Assembly: GCF_006345805.1 (NCBI RefSeq)
Contig: NC_043001.1
Location: forward strand, 50,716,001-50,780,000
DNA from: Octopus sinensis
Taxonomy: Eukaryota
DNA length: 64,000 nt
Reading direction: 5' to 3'
Below, piece by piece: positions 14,123-25,821 of the stretch. The notes beneath the pieces are model-generated. The model did no database searches. It was not told the DNA's origin and saw only the letters and a program-made list of their open reading frames with translations. The position numbers and the translations under genes were made by a program. How positions within the stretch are numbered: position 1 is the first letter of the stretch; the number at the start of each line of letters is the position of its first letter.

Positions 14123-15693
14123 CCAGGGGTTCTCAACTATTTACATTCTATTTACCCATCCAACAACTTTTCAGAAATAAATTTGTTTTGTTCAGTAATT
14201 TGAGTTTATGTTTCAAAATGTACTGATCCAAGAACTATAAGAGCTGCTTGCCTTGCAGTATTTGTTCCAATTCTTTGTGTTCTGAGTTCTGAGTTCATAT
14301 CCAATGACCTTCGTGGATGGTAGACATAACCCATCACCTGATTTAACCACCATCTGGTATTCTGGATGCCTACAGCAGAGTCTACTCTGTTTTAAGCATT
14401 CAGATCAGGGCTCTGCTTTGGTAATAACTTCCTCCTACCCATCAGTCTCAGAAGGTCATGAACACTGCCCCTCCCTTCTGGATTAAAAGACAAAGGAAAA
14501 ACAATGACAAAGAGGAAATTTAAAATACTGTTTTTGAACATTATTTTCTGTTCAAATAAAAATAGCACATGACAATGTCATTTTATTGATGATTAATGAT
14601 GAATAGATACCAAAACCAAACACAGGCTTCTGAATTAGATTAATCCATTAGCAACACAGTTATTAAGAAGTATATAATAGAGATTATTAAATCCAAAGTG
14701 GTAGAAAAAAAAATATTAGTATTTTTTTAAAAAGTAAACCCACTTCAAATTTTCTTCTCAACTTCTTGTGTTTAAAATATATAATTGAAAAATATTTACA
14801 AATATAGATTCAGCAAATTAACCCTGTCAGTGGGTAAAATTCACCTCCTGAAGGTTAGTTTACACATGTTGGGTAACCTTACATTACATATGTGGTTTTT
14901 AATCGGAATCCATATGGCCCTGGGGAGAGAGGGGATCCATACAAAATTTTGTTCATAAAATTCATCATCATCATCATCATCATCATCGTTTAACATCTGC
15001 CTTCCATGCTAGCATGGGTTGGACGATTTTGACTGAGGGCTGGCAAACCAGATGGCTGCACCAGACTCCAGTCTTGATCAGGCAGAGTTTCTACAGCGGG
15101 ATGCCCTTCCTAATGCCAACCACTCCGAGAGTGTAGTGGATGCTTTTTACGTGCCACTGGTATGGGGGCCAGTCAGGCGGTACTGGCAATGACCTCGCTC
15201 GAATCTTTTTACACATGCCACCGGCACAGGTGCTAGTAAGGTGACGCTGGTAACGATCACGCTTGAATGGTGCCCTTTTATGTGCCACTGGCGTGGAAGC
15301 TGCTCTGGCAATGATCATGCTCGGATGGTGCTCTTGGCACCCTACTAGGACAAGCACAAGTGCCAGTAAGGTGACGCTGGTAACGATCACACTCGAATGA
15401 TGCCTTTTATGTGCCACTGGCACGGAAGCCGGTTAGCTGCTCTGTCAATGATCACACTTGTATGGTGCTCTTTGCACACCGCTAGCACAGATGCCAGTCA
15501 TCGAATTTGATAAATTGGTTATACTTCTACAATACACTAAATATTTTAACTTTTTGTTCATACAGCTCTTAATAATATTTAATTATAAAAATGTAATATG
15601 ATTTTTTTTAACATTGAATGCCTAGTAGGGTCCATCTGAGTAAAATAGGAATCAAAAAGATCCATAGGTTAAAAAAATGGTTGAGAAATACTA
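14123..15693. mobile_element. Possible old hAT (Charlie-type) non-autonomous element with nested insertions
   Basis: Termini caggggttctcaac / gttgagaaatacta; TSD only weakly preserved. Confidence 0.4.
14963..15510 (-). mobile_element. RTE-like LINE 3' UTR/tail with internal tandem units
   Basis: (CAT)n tail at 14963-14987; repeated gtgccactgg / gatcacgct.gaat units; reverse complement of 23960-24300. Confidence 0.8.
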
Positions 15694-15929
15694 CTTCACA
15701 TAATTTTTGGAGGGCAATAATGCTGAGGTATGTAATCAAACAAGTGTAGCCATACTCTGATAAGTTTTCAGTATCTTAGTATATTCCATTACATACCAGG
15801 TGACTACTAAATTACAAAGCTCTCACAAATATCACTGCTGGCAAATCAATAAAGTGTGAATTAAAAGGCCAATTGTTAATGGTTCATACTTCACTTCAAA
15901 TGTACTTTACTCACTCTCTTTCATTACTC

Positions 15930-16349
15930 TCTTTACTCTTTTACCCTTTTACTTGTTTCAGTCATTTGACTGTGGCCATGCTGGAGCACCGCCTTTAGTC
16001 GAGCAAATCAACCCCAGGACTTATTCTTTGTAAGCCTAGTACTTATTCTATCGGTCCCTTTTGCCTAACTGCTAAGTGACGGGGACGTAAAAACACCAGC
16101 ATCAGTTGTCAAGCCATGTTGGGAGGGGGGCAAACACAGACCAACAAACATATACATACATACATACATATATATATATATATATGACGGGCTTCTTTCA
16201 GTTTCCTCTCTACCAAATCCACTCACAAGGCTTTGGTCAGCCTCAGGCTATAATAGAAGACACTTGCGCAAGGTGTCACGCAGTGGGACTGAATCCGGAA
16301 CCATGTGGTTGGTAAGCAAGCTACTTACCACACAGCCACTCCTGCGCCT
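15930..16349 (-). mobile_element. SINE family A, full length
   Basis: Reverse-complement homology to 2166-2577. Confidence 0.9.
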
Positions 16350-16988
16350 GAAGCAGCTGAAGATATGATAGTTTGACCAAAAGAACAAGCTATTGCAAGC
16401 AAAAATATATATTGAAAGAAACGCATTTGACCAAATTTGGACATATGACAGTTTAACATAATAGCAACGATATATATATATATATATTTCTATATTCTTT
16501 TACTTGTTTCAGTCATTTGATTACAGCCATGCTGGATCACCACCTTAAAGGGTTTTATTTGAAGAAATTCATCCCAGGACTTATTCTTTATAAGCCTAGT
16601 ACTTATTCTTTTGGGTCTTTTGCCGAACCACTAAGTTACAGGGGACCTAAACACACCAGCATCAGTTGTCAAGTGATGGTAGGGGGACAAATACAGACAC
16701 ACACACAAATATATACACAGCCACAACCCATTTTATGTTAAATTAGTCAAAACACATACAAGTATCCACCATATCTTAATCAGCATACTAGTAATTCCAG
16801 ACAAATTACAGGAATATTCTGAAAGCCATTTAATGTTAGGAATGTGGATTAGCCTTATTTCTAATCTCACTGAGATCAAATTTGTCATTTTATTTTAAGT
16901 GTCAATGAAACCAAATACCTTTCAAATACTAGGATTGGTTCAATCCTCTATACTCTTCCGTTATGTGAATAGTCAGAGTTGGTAGAGC

Positions 16989-17164
16989 CACTAGCGTAGC
17001 TAGTGGGGTGGGGAAGAAGGGGTGATCTATACTGAGCGGCACTTTTATGGGTTCAGTACCACTTTTGGGTCTGCTGTAGGGAATGTTTTTCTTTTTTTTG
17101 TGGAGGTCCAGGGGTGCAAACCAAATGGCCACCCCAAGTAGCACACACTCTAGGTACGCTAATG
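16989..17164. mobile_element. hAT-type MITE
   Basis: TIRs cactagcgtagctag / ctaggtacgctaatg; 8-bp TSD ggtagagc / gttagagc (7 of 8 match). Confidence 0.75.
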
Positions 17165-17870
17165 GTTAGAGCATTGAATAAAATGCCTTGTAGTTATTCC
17201 TGTATCTTGGATTCTGAGTTCAAATCTTGCAGAAGTCAACTTTCTATCAGTCTCTTTTGCTGAACCACTATGTGAGGGGGACATAAACACACCAACATTG
17301 GTTATCAATCAATGCTAGGGGGGAACAAACACAGACACACAAACATATATATATATATATATATGACAGGCTTCTTTCAGTTTCCATCTACCAAATCCAC
17401 TCACATATGTTACTATATTTCTGTTAAAATAGACCAACTATATTTCAATTGATTTTGAAAATAATGATGAATTTAGTAAAATAGCTTTGTCATTATTAAG
17501 CCAATGTTTGAGACATAAAGTAACATTAAATTTTGATGGATGGTTTTAATTTAGATCATTTTAAAACTGAAAGTTCGTTTCATAGAACCAGGGGCATTCT
17601 TGGTCTAGGTTAGAGCAGTGAACTAGTGGAACTTTTAGAGTACTAGACTAGATGCCTTGTCATAATTGGTTCTTTGCATTGTAGGTTTGAATCCTCTACA
17701 GCCAACTTTTGTAACAGATTTAATTCATCATCTGGTTTAACACTACCACATGGTCCTAGGGTCCCTTTAGCAGAGTTCACTCTATTTTAAGAATTCAAAA
17801 CAGGTCTCCAGTTTGAAGATACTCCCTCCCATCAATCTCAGAGGCCCTGTAAAGGGTCATAAATACTACT

Positions 17871-18163
17871 GTGGAGGCACATGGCCTAGTGGTTAGAGCA
17901 GGGGACTCACAGTTGAGGGATCGCGGGTTCGAATCTCAGACCGGGTGATGTGTGTGTTTATGAGCAAAACACCTAAGCTCCATGCAGCTTGAGCAGAAGG
18001 TAATGGCGAACTTCTGCTAACTCTTTTGCTACAACTTTCTCTCACTCTTTCCTTCTGCATTTTGCAGCTCACCTGCGACGGACCGGTGTCCCGTCCAGGT
18101 GGGGAACTTATATGCCAAGGAAACCGGGAAACCGGCCCTTATGGCTCGAGAAGGAACAAACAA
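17871..18163 (+). mobile_element. SINE family C, full length
   Basis: tRNA-like head tggcctagtggttagagc...gggttcgaatc; TSD ataaatact(a/g)ct; homologous to 4151-4455. Confidence 0.9.
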
Positions 18164-19007
18164 TAAATACTGCTCCTCATTCCTGACTAAATATTACAAT
18201 AAATTGAATAATCAATTAATGAAAAATCATGACCTTGTACCAATATATGTAATCAACTTAAGAACATTACCTTTCCAATTCTCCAATTCTATTGTCTTAA
18301 TGATTTTGCACAACAATCATTTTTTTTTTTTCATTTTGCTTTTAATAGTTTTGCTTCTTTTTTATTCCTCAATTGTACACAGCACTAAATTATATATTCT
18401 TTTACATTCGGAATCCATTATTGCAAACTCCTTGTTGTCATTTTGTAGTATAATATCTTCCTCTATGAAATACTAATCTGTTTATCTGTGTACCTTTATG
18501 TATATCTGTTATCAACAGAGCTATGTATTATAAGTGACTCAGTAAAGCTTTCACTGACAGGAGTATCCATTTGAACATAGGATATACATGCCGGGTACAT
18601 ACAACTCAACTTTTCAGACATCAAGTACAGTGTAGAGCAGACAACTATATTGTTAGCTTGCAGTAATGAGTTCAATTATGGAGTGGTGAGATAATAGGTT
18701 AAAAAACACTGTGGCATAAACATGACTGTGTAGTAAGAAGTTTGCATCCCAAATATATGGCTTTGGAATCACTCACACTGTGTGACAGCATGATGGGACA
18801 ATTCAACGCCTGACAATTCAGTACTGATAATTCAGTGCCAACAATTCAGTGCTAGATAATTCAGTACAGAGCATCTTATTGAACTTGGGTAAAAGTTATT
18901 TTTGGGATGAAAGATGAAAAGAGGAAAAATTTCCATTATTTATTTAAAAACTTGTAAAGATAAAAAATACAAAAGAATTAGAAATATTAAATTATATTCT
19001 TTGAACC

Positions 19008-19197
19008 AGGCGTAGGAGTGGCTGTATGGTAAGTAGCTTGCTTACCAATCACATGGTTGCAGGTTAAGTCCCACTGTGTGGCACCTTGGGCAAGTGTCTT
19101 CTATTATAGCCTTGGGCCGACCAAAGCATTGTGAGTGGATTTGGTAGACGGAAACTGAAAGAAGCCCATTGTATATATATATATATACACATACATA

Positions 19198-19285
<88 letters not shown>

Positions 19286-19370
19286 ATATGTATGTGTGTG
19301 TGTATGTGTGTGTATATGTTTGTGTGTCTGTGAGTGGATTTGGTAGATGGAAACTGAAAGAAGCCTGTCG

Positions 19371-19434
<64 letters not shown>

Positions 19435-19608
19435 ATACGTTTGCGTGTCTGTGTTTGTGCCCCCAACATCGCTTGACAACTGATGCTACTGTGTTTACGT
19501 CCCCGTAACTTAATGGTTTGGCAAAAGAGACCGATAGAATAAGTACTAGGCTTACAAAGAATAAGTCCTGGGGTCGATTTGCTCGAAACAAGTAAAAGAG
19601 TAAAAGAG
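19008..19608 (+). mobile_element. SINE family A with an internal duplication
   Basis: The segment tgtgagtggatttggtaga.ggaaactgaaagaagcc occurs twice (19130 and 19329). Confidence 0.9.
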
Positions 19609-20034
19609 GGTCCAAAGCAGATGACATTTCAAATGATATTAGGCTCAGGTCAGATGCAAAATGTAGACCTTGTTTCCATTGATAAGAAGCCTAGTCAAAT
19701 GTGAAATTTAGGCCTCATTTTCACCAAAAATAAGCTCAGGCCAAATGTGAAATATAGACTTCATTTCTAACTACTCACCAACTATTCTAGTAATCAGTGC
19801 TAAATACATATGATTTATGTATGGGATACAGATATATATACTTTTGCATGTGTTGTACATGGTGTTCTTATAAAGTACAGAACAAAATAAAAGAACTTAA
19901 GTGATTTATGAAAAGAAAAAGTAATCCTTCAGTAAAGAGTCTTTCTTTAATGTTCATGGTGATGAACTACTCTTTATTCTGTTTTTCCTGGCAATCCCTT
20001 TCCTTTAAAATGTTTAGAATTTGTTGTTAATTTT

Positions 20035-20853
20035 GAGGTGGAACTGCAGACCATTAAGAAATGGAGCAAGAAGTGGTTAATAACTTTCAACCCTGGCAAG
20101 ACCAAACTCGTGTCTTTCAGCAGGAAGCAGGATCCATATCTTCCTCCCATTTGCATGAGTTATAGGTCTGAGGTGTGGTATAACATGGTGAGACAGTCAA
20201 ACCACTTGAAGAAAGGTCTTCTTTAAAATTGCTTGGTCTTACTTTTTCACTGGATCTTTCTTAAGCTTCTTATACACAATCAATTGGTAGGTCTGCTTTC
20301 CATAAGATTGGATTATTTTAAAGGTCAAAGACTATCTTACATCCAATGCCATTTTGTATCTTTACATGTCCACAATTCATCCTTGTCATATTTGGGCAGG
20401 TGCATCATCTTACTGCTTGGATCTTCTTGACCAGGTTCAGAAGTGAGTCACTAATTTCATTGGTCCCTCTCTTGCTTCAACTCTGCAATCCTTGTCACAT
20501 TGGTATGAAATTGCCAGTCTAAGTCTTTCCTATCAGAAAGTGCTCTCATGAACTTTCTCTCTTACTTCCAGATCACATTGTGCCATCTCGCTTGACTCAG
20601 AACTCACAGCATCTTCATCCAAATGCTCTAGTGCTTCCATGAAGAAGGAAATCTTTCTATGGTCATAGATTTTTTCATTGAACTACCAGACTACAGTATT
20701 CTCTTCCATCTCATTGTTTTCCTCCTTCTTATAGCATGAACTTTTTCAAGTCTACATTAAAATCATTCCATTCATTTTAACTTCTCCTTTTACATACTCC
20801 CTTATACTAAGTGGCTTCTCACCTTGCTTGGGACATTTTAACAAAAAAAAAAA
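20035..20853 (+). mobile_element. Degenerate LINE 3' end (Jockey/L2/CR1-group-like) with poly(A)
   Basis: KWSKKWLITFNPGKTKLV, then LDQVQK*...LQSLSHWYEIASLSL; A-tail at about 20839-20853. Confidence 0.7.
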
Positions 20854-21372
20854 TTGGCAGGAAGTGATCCCTTACATCTGTTGGCACATGCCAACTGGCC
20901 ACTCTATGTAGGTTAGCTCTGATGGAGTTCCTTTTAACTGTGTCAATTCCATATATTTAGACATAGTATAATTTGGTATAGATTCTCTACCAGTGAATAC
21001 AGAGCAGGATTTAATAAGTGCCAATAGATTCAGTTGAGTAGAAAAGGAAATTTGAAAATTTGAACCAACAGCACTTTAAGAGAGAGTAGAATTATTCAAG
21101 TTACTATTGATAAACTATGTTTACCATACTACTAAAGCAGACACATTACCAACATCACCACCACCACCACCACCACCATCACTACTACAGCTGCCACAAA
21201 AGACTCCCTATTCACTGCCACTACCCCCACCTAGTTTTCCTAGAGTTGTGATTTTATATTATCTAATGTTCTTGCCATATTTATGATAGTAGGATGTAAT
21301 TTAAAGAAGGCTTGTGTACTATTTTTTTCAACAGGTAGTAAATATATGAAATCCAATTTAAACTCATAAGCC

Positions 21373-21376
<4 letters not shown>

Positions 21377-21405
<29 letters not shown>

Positions 21406-21700
21406 TGTATGTATGTATGTATGTATGTATGTATGTATGTATGCATGTATGCATGTATGTTGTATGCATGTATGTATGCATGTATGTATGTATGTATGTA
21501 TGTATGTATGCATGTATGTATGCATGTATGTATGTATGTATGTATGTATGTATGTATGTATGTATGTATGTATGTATGTATGTATGTATGTATATGTGTG
21601 TGTATGTGTGTGTATGTGTGTGTATGTATGTATGTATGTTTGTAGAAATATGTTTGTGTATGTATATATATATATATGTATGTGTATGTACATACATACA
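21377..21700. repeat. (TATG)n / (TG)n compound microsatellite
   Basis: Seen directly; it explains the MYVC/HTYI ORFs. Confidence 0.95.
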
Positions 21701-21982
21701 TAATGGGAACACAAAAATTTCCTTGACTTGTTTACCTGGTCTGTCATATCACAGTATGTCCATTATATAGATAAATAACTTACTACATGTTTTATTGAAA
21801 AGACGTAGTTATGGAAAGTATAACAGGATGTGTATAAAATGTTACCAAGTGTTACCTGAATGATTAATTAAATATTTGTTAAGGTTCATATATATTTTTA
21901 CAAGTGCATATGTATGTGTGTGTATGTGTTCTGTTTGCCTGTATATCTGTCTATATAATATATATATATATATATATTAATA

Positions 21983-22018
<36 letters not shown>

Positions 22019-22218
22019 ATACAAAATAGGACAAGGACACAAAACATTCAGACAGGCAATACAAAGAAAACAAGAACGGATCATTTGGAGTTTTCTATCC
22101 TCAGTTGAGTTCCAGATTATCTTGCAATTTCGGCTGGTTATACTTGAGATAATGACCCGTACTTGTTTTTTTTGTATCGTCTGTCTGGATATTTTGCGTT
22201 CTTGTCCCATTTTTGTAT
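22019..22218. repeat. Fold-back element with about 67-bp diverged arms, adjacent to (TA)n
   Basis: 22019-22085 is the reverse complement of 22151-22218 with mismatches. Confidence 0.75.
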
Positions 22219-22270
22219 TTTTTTATATCTAAAATATAGCAACGTACGCACGCTTTGGTCTCTCATATAT

Positions 22271-22305
<35 letters not shown>

Positions 22306-22306
22306 C

Positions 22307-22347
<41 letters not shown>

Positions 22348-22354
22348 TACATAC

Positions 22355-22438
22355 ATACATGTATATGTAATATTATAGAATAATAATATAAACATATATA
22401 TATATATATGTTTATATTATTATTCTATAATATTACAT

Positions 22439-22448
<10 letters not shown>
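22355..22448. repeat. Perfect 94-bp AT-rich palindrome
   Basis: Left half atacatgtatatgtaatattatagaataataatataaacatatatat is the exact reverse complement of the right half. Confidence 0.9.
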
Positions 22449-22491
<43 letters not shown>

Positions 22492-22687
22492 TATATGGGT
22501 ACAGGATGTCACTAACTATATAAACAACATGAAGTACGAAAACAAACAAGTTAAATACGCAAACAACAAGAGGAAAAAGGAAAACAGGACAAGTAACATA
22601 AAGATCGACTCTTCCCCAGTTGTTGGCTGTCTATAAAGAAAGATGAACGATGGTTACATATGAACAGCGAGAGAAAGAAAAAGACAA

Positions 22688-22952
22688 GTTGCGGGGACGT
22701 AAACATACCCAGCATCGGTTGTAAAGCGATGTTGGGGGGACAAACACAGACACACAAACACACACATGCATATATATATACATATATACGATGGGCTTCT
22801 TTCAGTTTCCGTCTACCCAATCCACTCATAAGGCTTTGGTCGGCCCGAGGCTATAGTAGAAGACACTTTCCCAAGGTACCACGCAGTAGGAATGAACCCG
22901 GAACCAAGTGGCTGGTAAGCAAGCTACTTACCACACGGCCACTCCTGCGCCT
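22688..22952 (-). mobile_element. SINE family A, 5' part
   Basis: Homology to 2166-2440. Confidence 0.85.
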
Positions 22953-22984
22953 ATGTTTATTAAAATAAATTTTACTTTCAAGAT

Positions 22985-23168
22985 TTGATAGAATTACTGA
23001 CAGATTTTTTTTTTGTGAATATCAATGACTGTTTTGCTCCAGTAACTATTGTGAATGCAAACAATAGAATCACAAACATAAAGAAACATTTCATTCAATA
23101 TTTGTGTGCAATTTTGTTCAATAGCTGTCCTCAATTCATTGACCGTCGCTAGTTTTGTTCTGTAAACA
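22985..23168 (-). mobile_element. Tc1/mariner transposase C-terminal fragment
   Basis: VYRTKLATVNELRTAIEQNCTQILNEMF. Confidence 0.55.
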
Positions 23169-23544
23169 ATCATTATCATCATCATCATCATCATCATTGT
23201 TTAGCGTCTGTGGATCTTTACCTTTTGGCCTACAGATTTAAAAGATAATTTTTTGTAACTAAACACTTTCAAACTTCGGACACTGGTAGAATGTGTCATA
23301 CAAAACATATTTTACTCTTAGTATTTTTGAGAAAAACTTATATAACTGATAGAATAAGTGCTAGGCTTACAAAGAATAGGTCCTGGGGTCGATTTGTTCG
23401 TCAAAAGGCGGTGCTCCAGCATGACCACAGACAAATGACTGAAACAAATAAAAGAATAAAAGTAAGCTCGCAAGGAATGAAGCCAATATGATCCGATGGA
23501 TGTATAATGTCAGCGGGCATACTCGACAGAGTGTAAGTACTCGA

Positions 23545-24300
23545 CAAAGTGCATACTCGACAGAGTGTAAGTACCTTGAGAGAAAAGTTGGACCTAAGAA
23601 GCATCAGATGTGATGTGCAAGAGAGACGACTGCGCTGGTATGGTCATATGGCGAGAATGGATGAGGATAGCTGTGTAAAAAGGGCCACACCATAGCAGTT
23701 GAAGGAATCAGTGGAGAAAGTAGACCCAGGAAGACCTGGGATGAAGTGGTGAAGCACGACCTTCGAATATTAGGCCTCACCGAGGCAATGACTAGTGACC
23801 GAGCCTTTTGGAAATATGCTGTGTTTGAGAAAACCCGGCAAGCCAAATGAGACCATAATCTCATGGCCTATGCTATGGGCGTAACCAGTCCGCTGATGTT
23901 TACCTTTCCTTCTTTGGACACTAAACTCTGCTTGCGTAGACCTGTTGAGGCAAGTGAAATCGAAATCAAATTCGATGACTGGCATCCGTGCTAGTGGGAC
24001 GCTAAGAGCACCATCCGAGTGTGATTGTTGACAGAGCAGCTATCTGGCTTCTGTGCCGGTGGCACGTAAAAGACACCATTCGAGCGTGATCGTAAGTGAA
24101 ATCGAAATCAAATTTGATGACTGGCATCCATGCTAGTGGGGCGCTAAGAGCATCATCCGAGCATGATCGTTGCCAGAGCGGCTAACTGGCTTCCGTACCG
24201 GTGGCACGTAAAAGGCACCATTCGAGCGTGATCGTTACTGGCACTTGTGCCGGTGGCACGTGAAAAAAACATTCAAGCGAGGTCGTTGCCAGTACCGCCT
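23545..24300 (+). mobile_element. RTE-clade LINE 3' end with tandemly duplicated 3' UTR
   Basis: QERRLRWYGHMARMDED and RPRKTWDEVVKHDL...KTRQAK* (stop about 23850); two units of about 142 bp starting aagtgaaatcgaaatcaaat at 23952 and 24093. Confidence 0.85.
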
Positions 24301-24304
24301 CAAT

Positions 24305-24804
24305 TAAGGGCAGTGACTTCACCAATGTCCAGCGCCCTCATTGCCATGTCCTCATCTCGTGCCGCTACTATGTATGAATATTTCATTAGGTCTGAAGTTA
24401 TTTTACATGTGTTAAATTGCGTTTCCACCTGCATGAACCATGGCTCAGCCCTCTGTGGCCAGAATTGTGGTGGCTTCAGCGCTGTTGTGTTTCTGTTGTG
24501 CTTGCCATGTTTCTTTTTACTTTGATGTGTGAAGCGTAAGCTGTTGTTCTTCTGTGGGGTCACTAGTTGTAGCTTTAGTTAAGCTATGCAAAAAAAAAAA
24601 AAAAATTAACGGAGACCCATAATGTGTTAGTGAAAGATGTATTCAGTTAAATACACGAGGATGACAGCCGCCAGTCAACTCCTGTTTTGTAGTAAACCGG
24701 CTTAACTGGAAGTCAACTTTGCCACAAACCAGTCCCCTAACTATCCTGCAGCAAAGTTCCTGTCCACAGTTCGTCTGTTATAAATCCTTGGGCAGTGCCC
24801 TACA
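24305..24804 (-). mobile_element. Gypsy LTR retrotransposon relic: LTR, PBS and gag N-terminus
   Basis: LTR 24804->24568 (tgtaggg...gctaca), PBS-like tagtgacccc, then LKPPQFWPQRAEPWFMQVETQF...KYSYIVAA. Confidence 0.8.
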
Positions 24805-25821
24805 AAATGATTTCACCAGTTCTCTATGGTATGTCACTATCTTCGCTTCTGGTCGATTTCATTTTTTAAACCTCTAAACTGCATTTTAACCCCTTTTCAG
24901 AGCACTATGACTCAGAGGTCAAATACAGGAAACAATATAATTAGTACTATTTATTGTACATTTGGTTTTAATATACTCTTCAATTAAGTTTTCTCATAAA
25001 CACACACCCACAAACAAACAAACAAACAAAAAAACGAAACTATCAGCGCTACTGAAAATAATTCCCACAAGCTGTTCTGCTTTGACAAACAAATAAGCCA
25101 TCAACTATTATTTGTTGAAGCAAGTTACTTCTTTATGATCGTAGTTAAATCTTAGAAGATTCATTTTAGCTGTTTAAGAGAACACAAAACACTTGTTTAT
25201 TTCTTGAACGTCACTTTCTTTTGTCGCATCTTAGCGACCTAGTCTCTCACATAGTTCTGCAATTGTTAAAAATTAATGACTGCCAAGTTTTAGAGACCAT
25301 GCGGGTGCGGAGGGTTCTTAATTTCTCCAAGATGAGCTTAAATGGTGGCTTAAATGGAAGCTTGAGAATCAAATACGTCACAGTATATGTGACGTAGCTT
25401 TGTTTCTCTGTGAGGTTAGTTTAAAATTTCTCTTAAGATATGAGATATGTAACTGAACCACTAATAGTTAATGGTAATTTTCCGGAACTGGCCCGTCACC
25501 TGACTTTGGCGATGAGTTTGTTCAATTGATTACAACCCAAGCATGAATGCCCTTTCCTGAAATAACGAAGATAAGTATAAACATTGCATTTAACGAAATA
25601 AGAGACATGTAAAGATTTGAATACAGAAATCGGACCAGCTGATGGTTAGAATGTTCTGTCAATTTATTAACTAGTTATAACCTACCAGTTATAGCTGAGA
25701 TTCAGGTAGGTGTTAATTATAACTTTACTATTAAATTCTGTATAAGAAGGAAGCTAATTTGCTTGAATGCATCTGGCCTATGCAGTGAGAAGGTACACAG
25801 TGTACCTATAATGTCACATCC

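Noticed and set aside
21240-21770. Long ORFs on both strands (MYVC.../HTYI...)
   Set aside because: Translations of the (TATG)n microsatellite; the same applies to ORFs near 19042-19627, 47721, 54830-55227 and 57857-58370.
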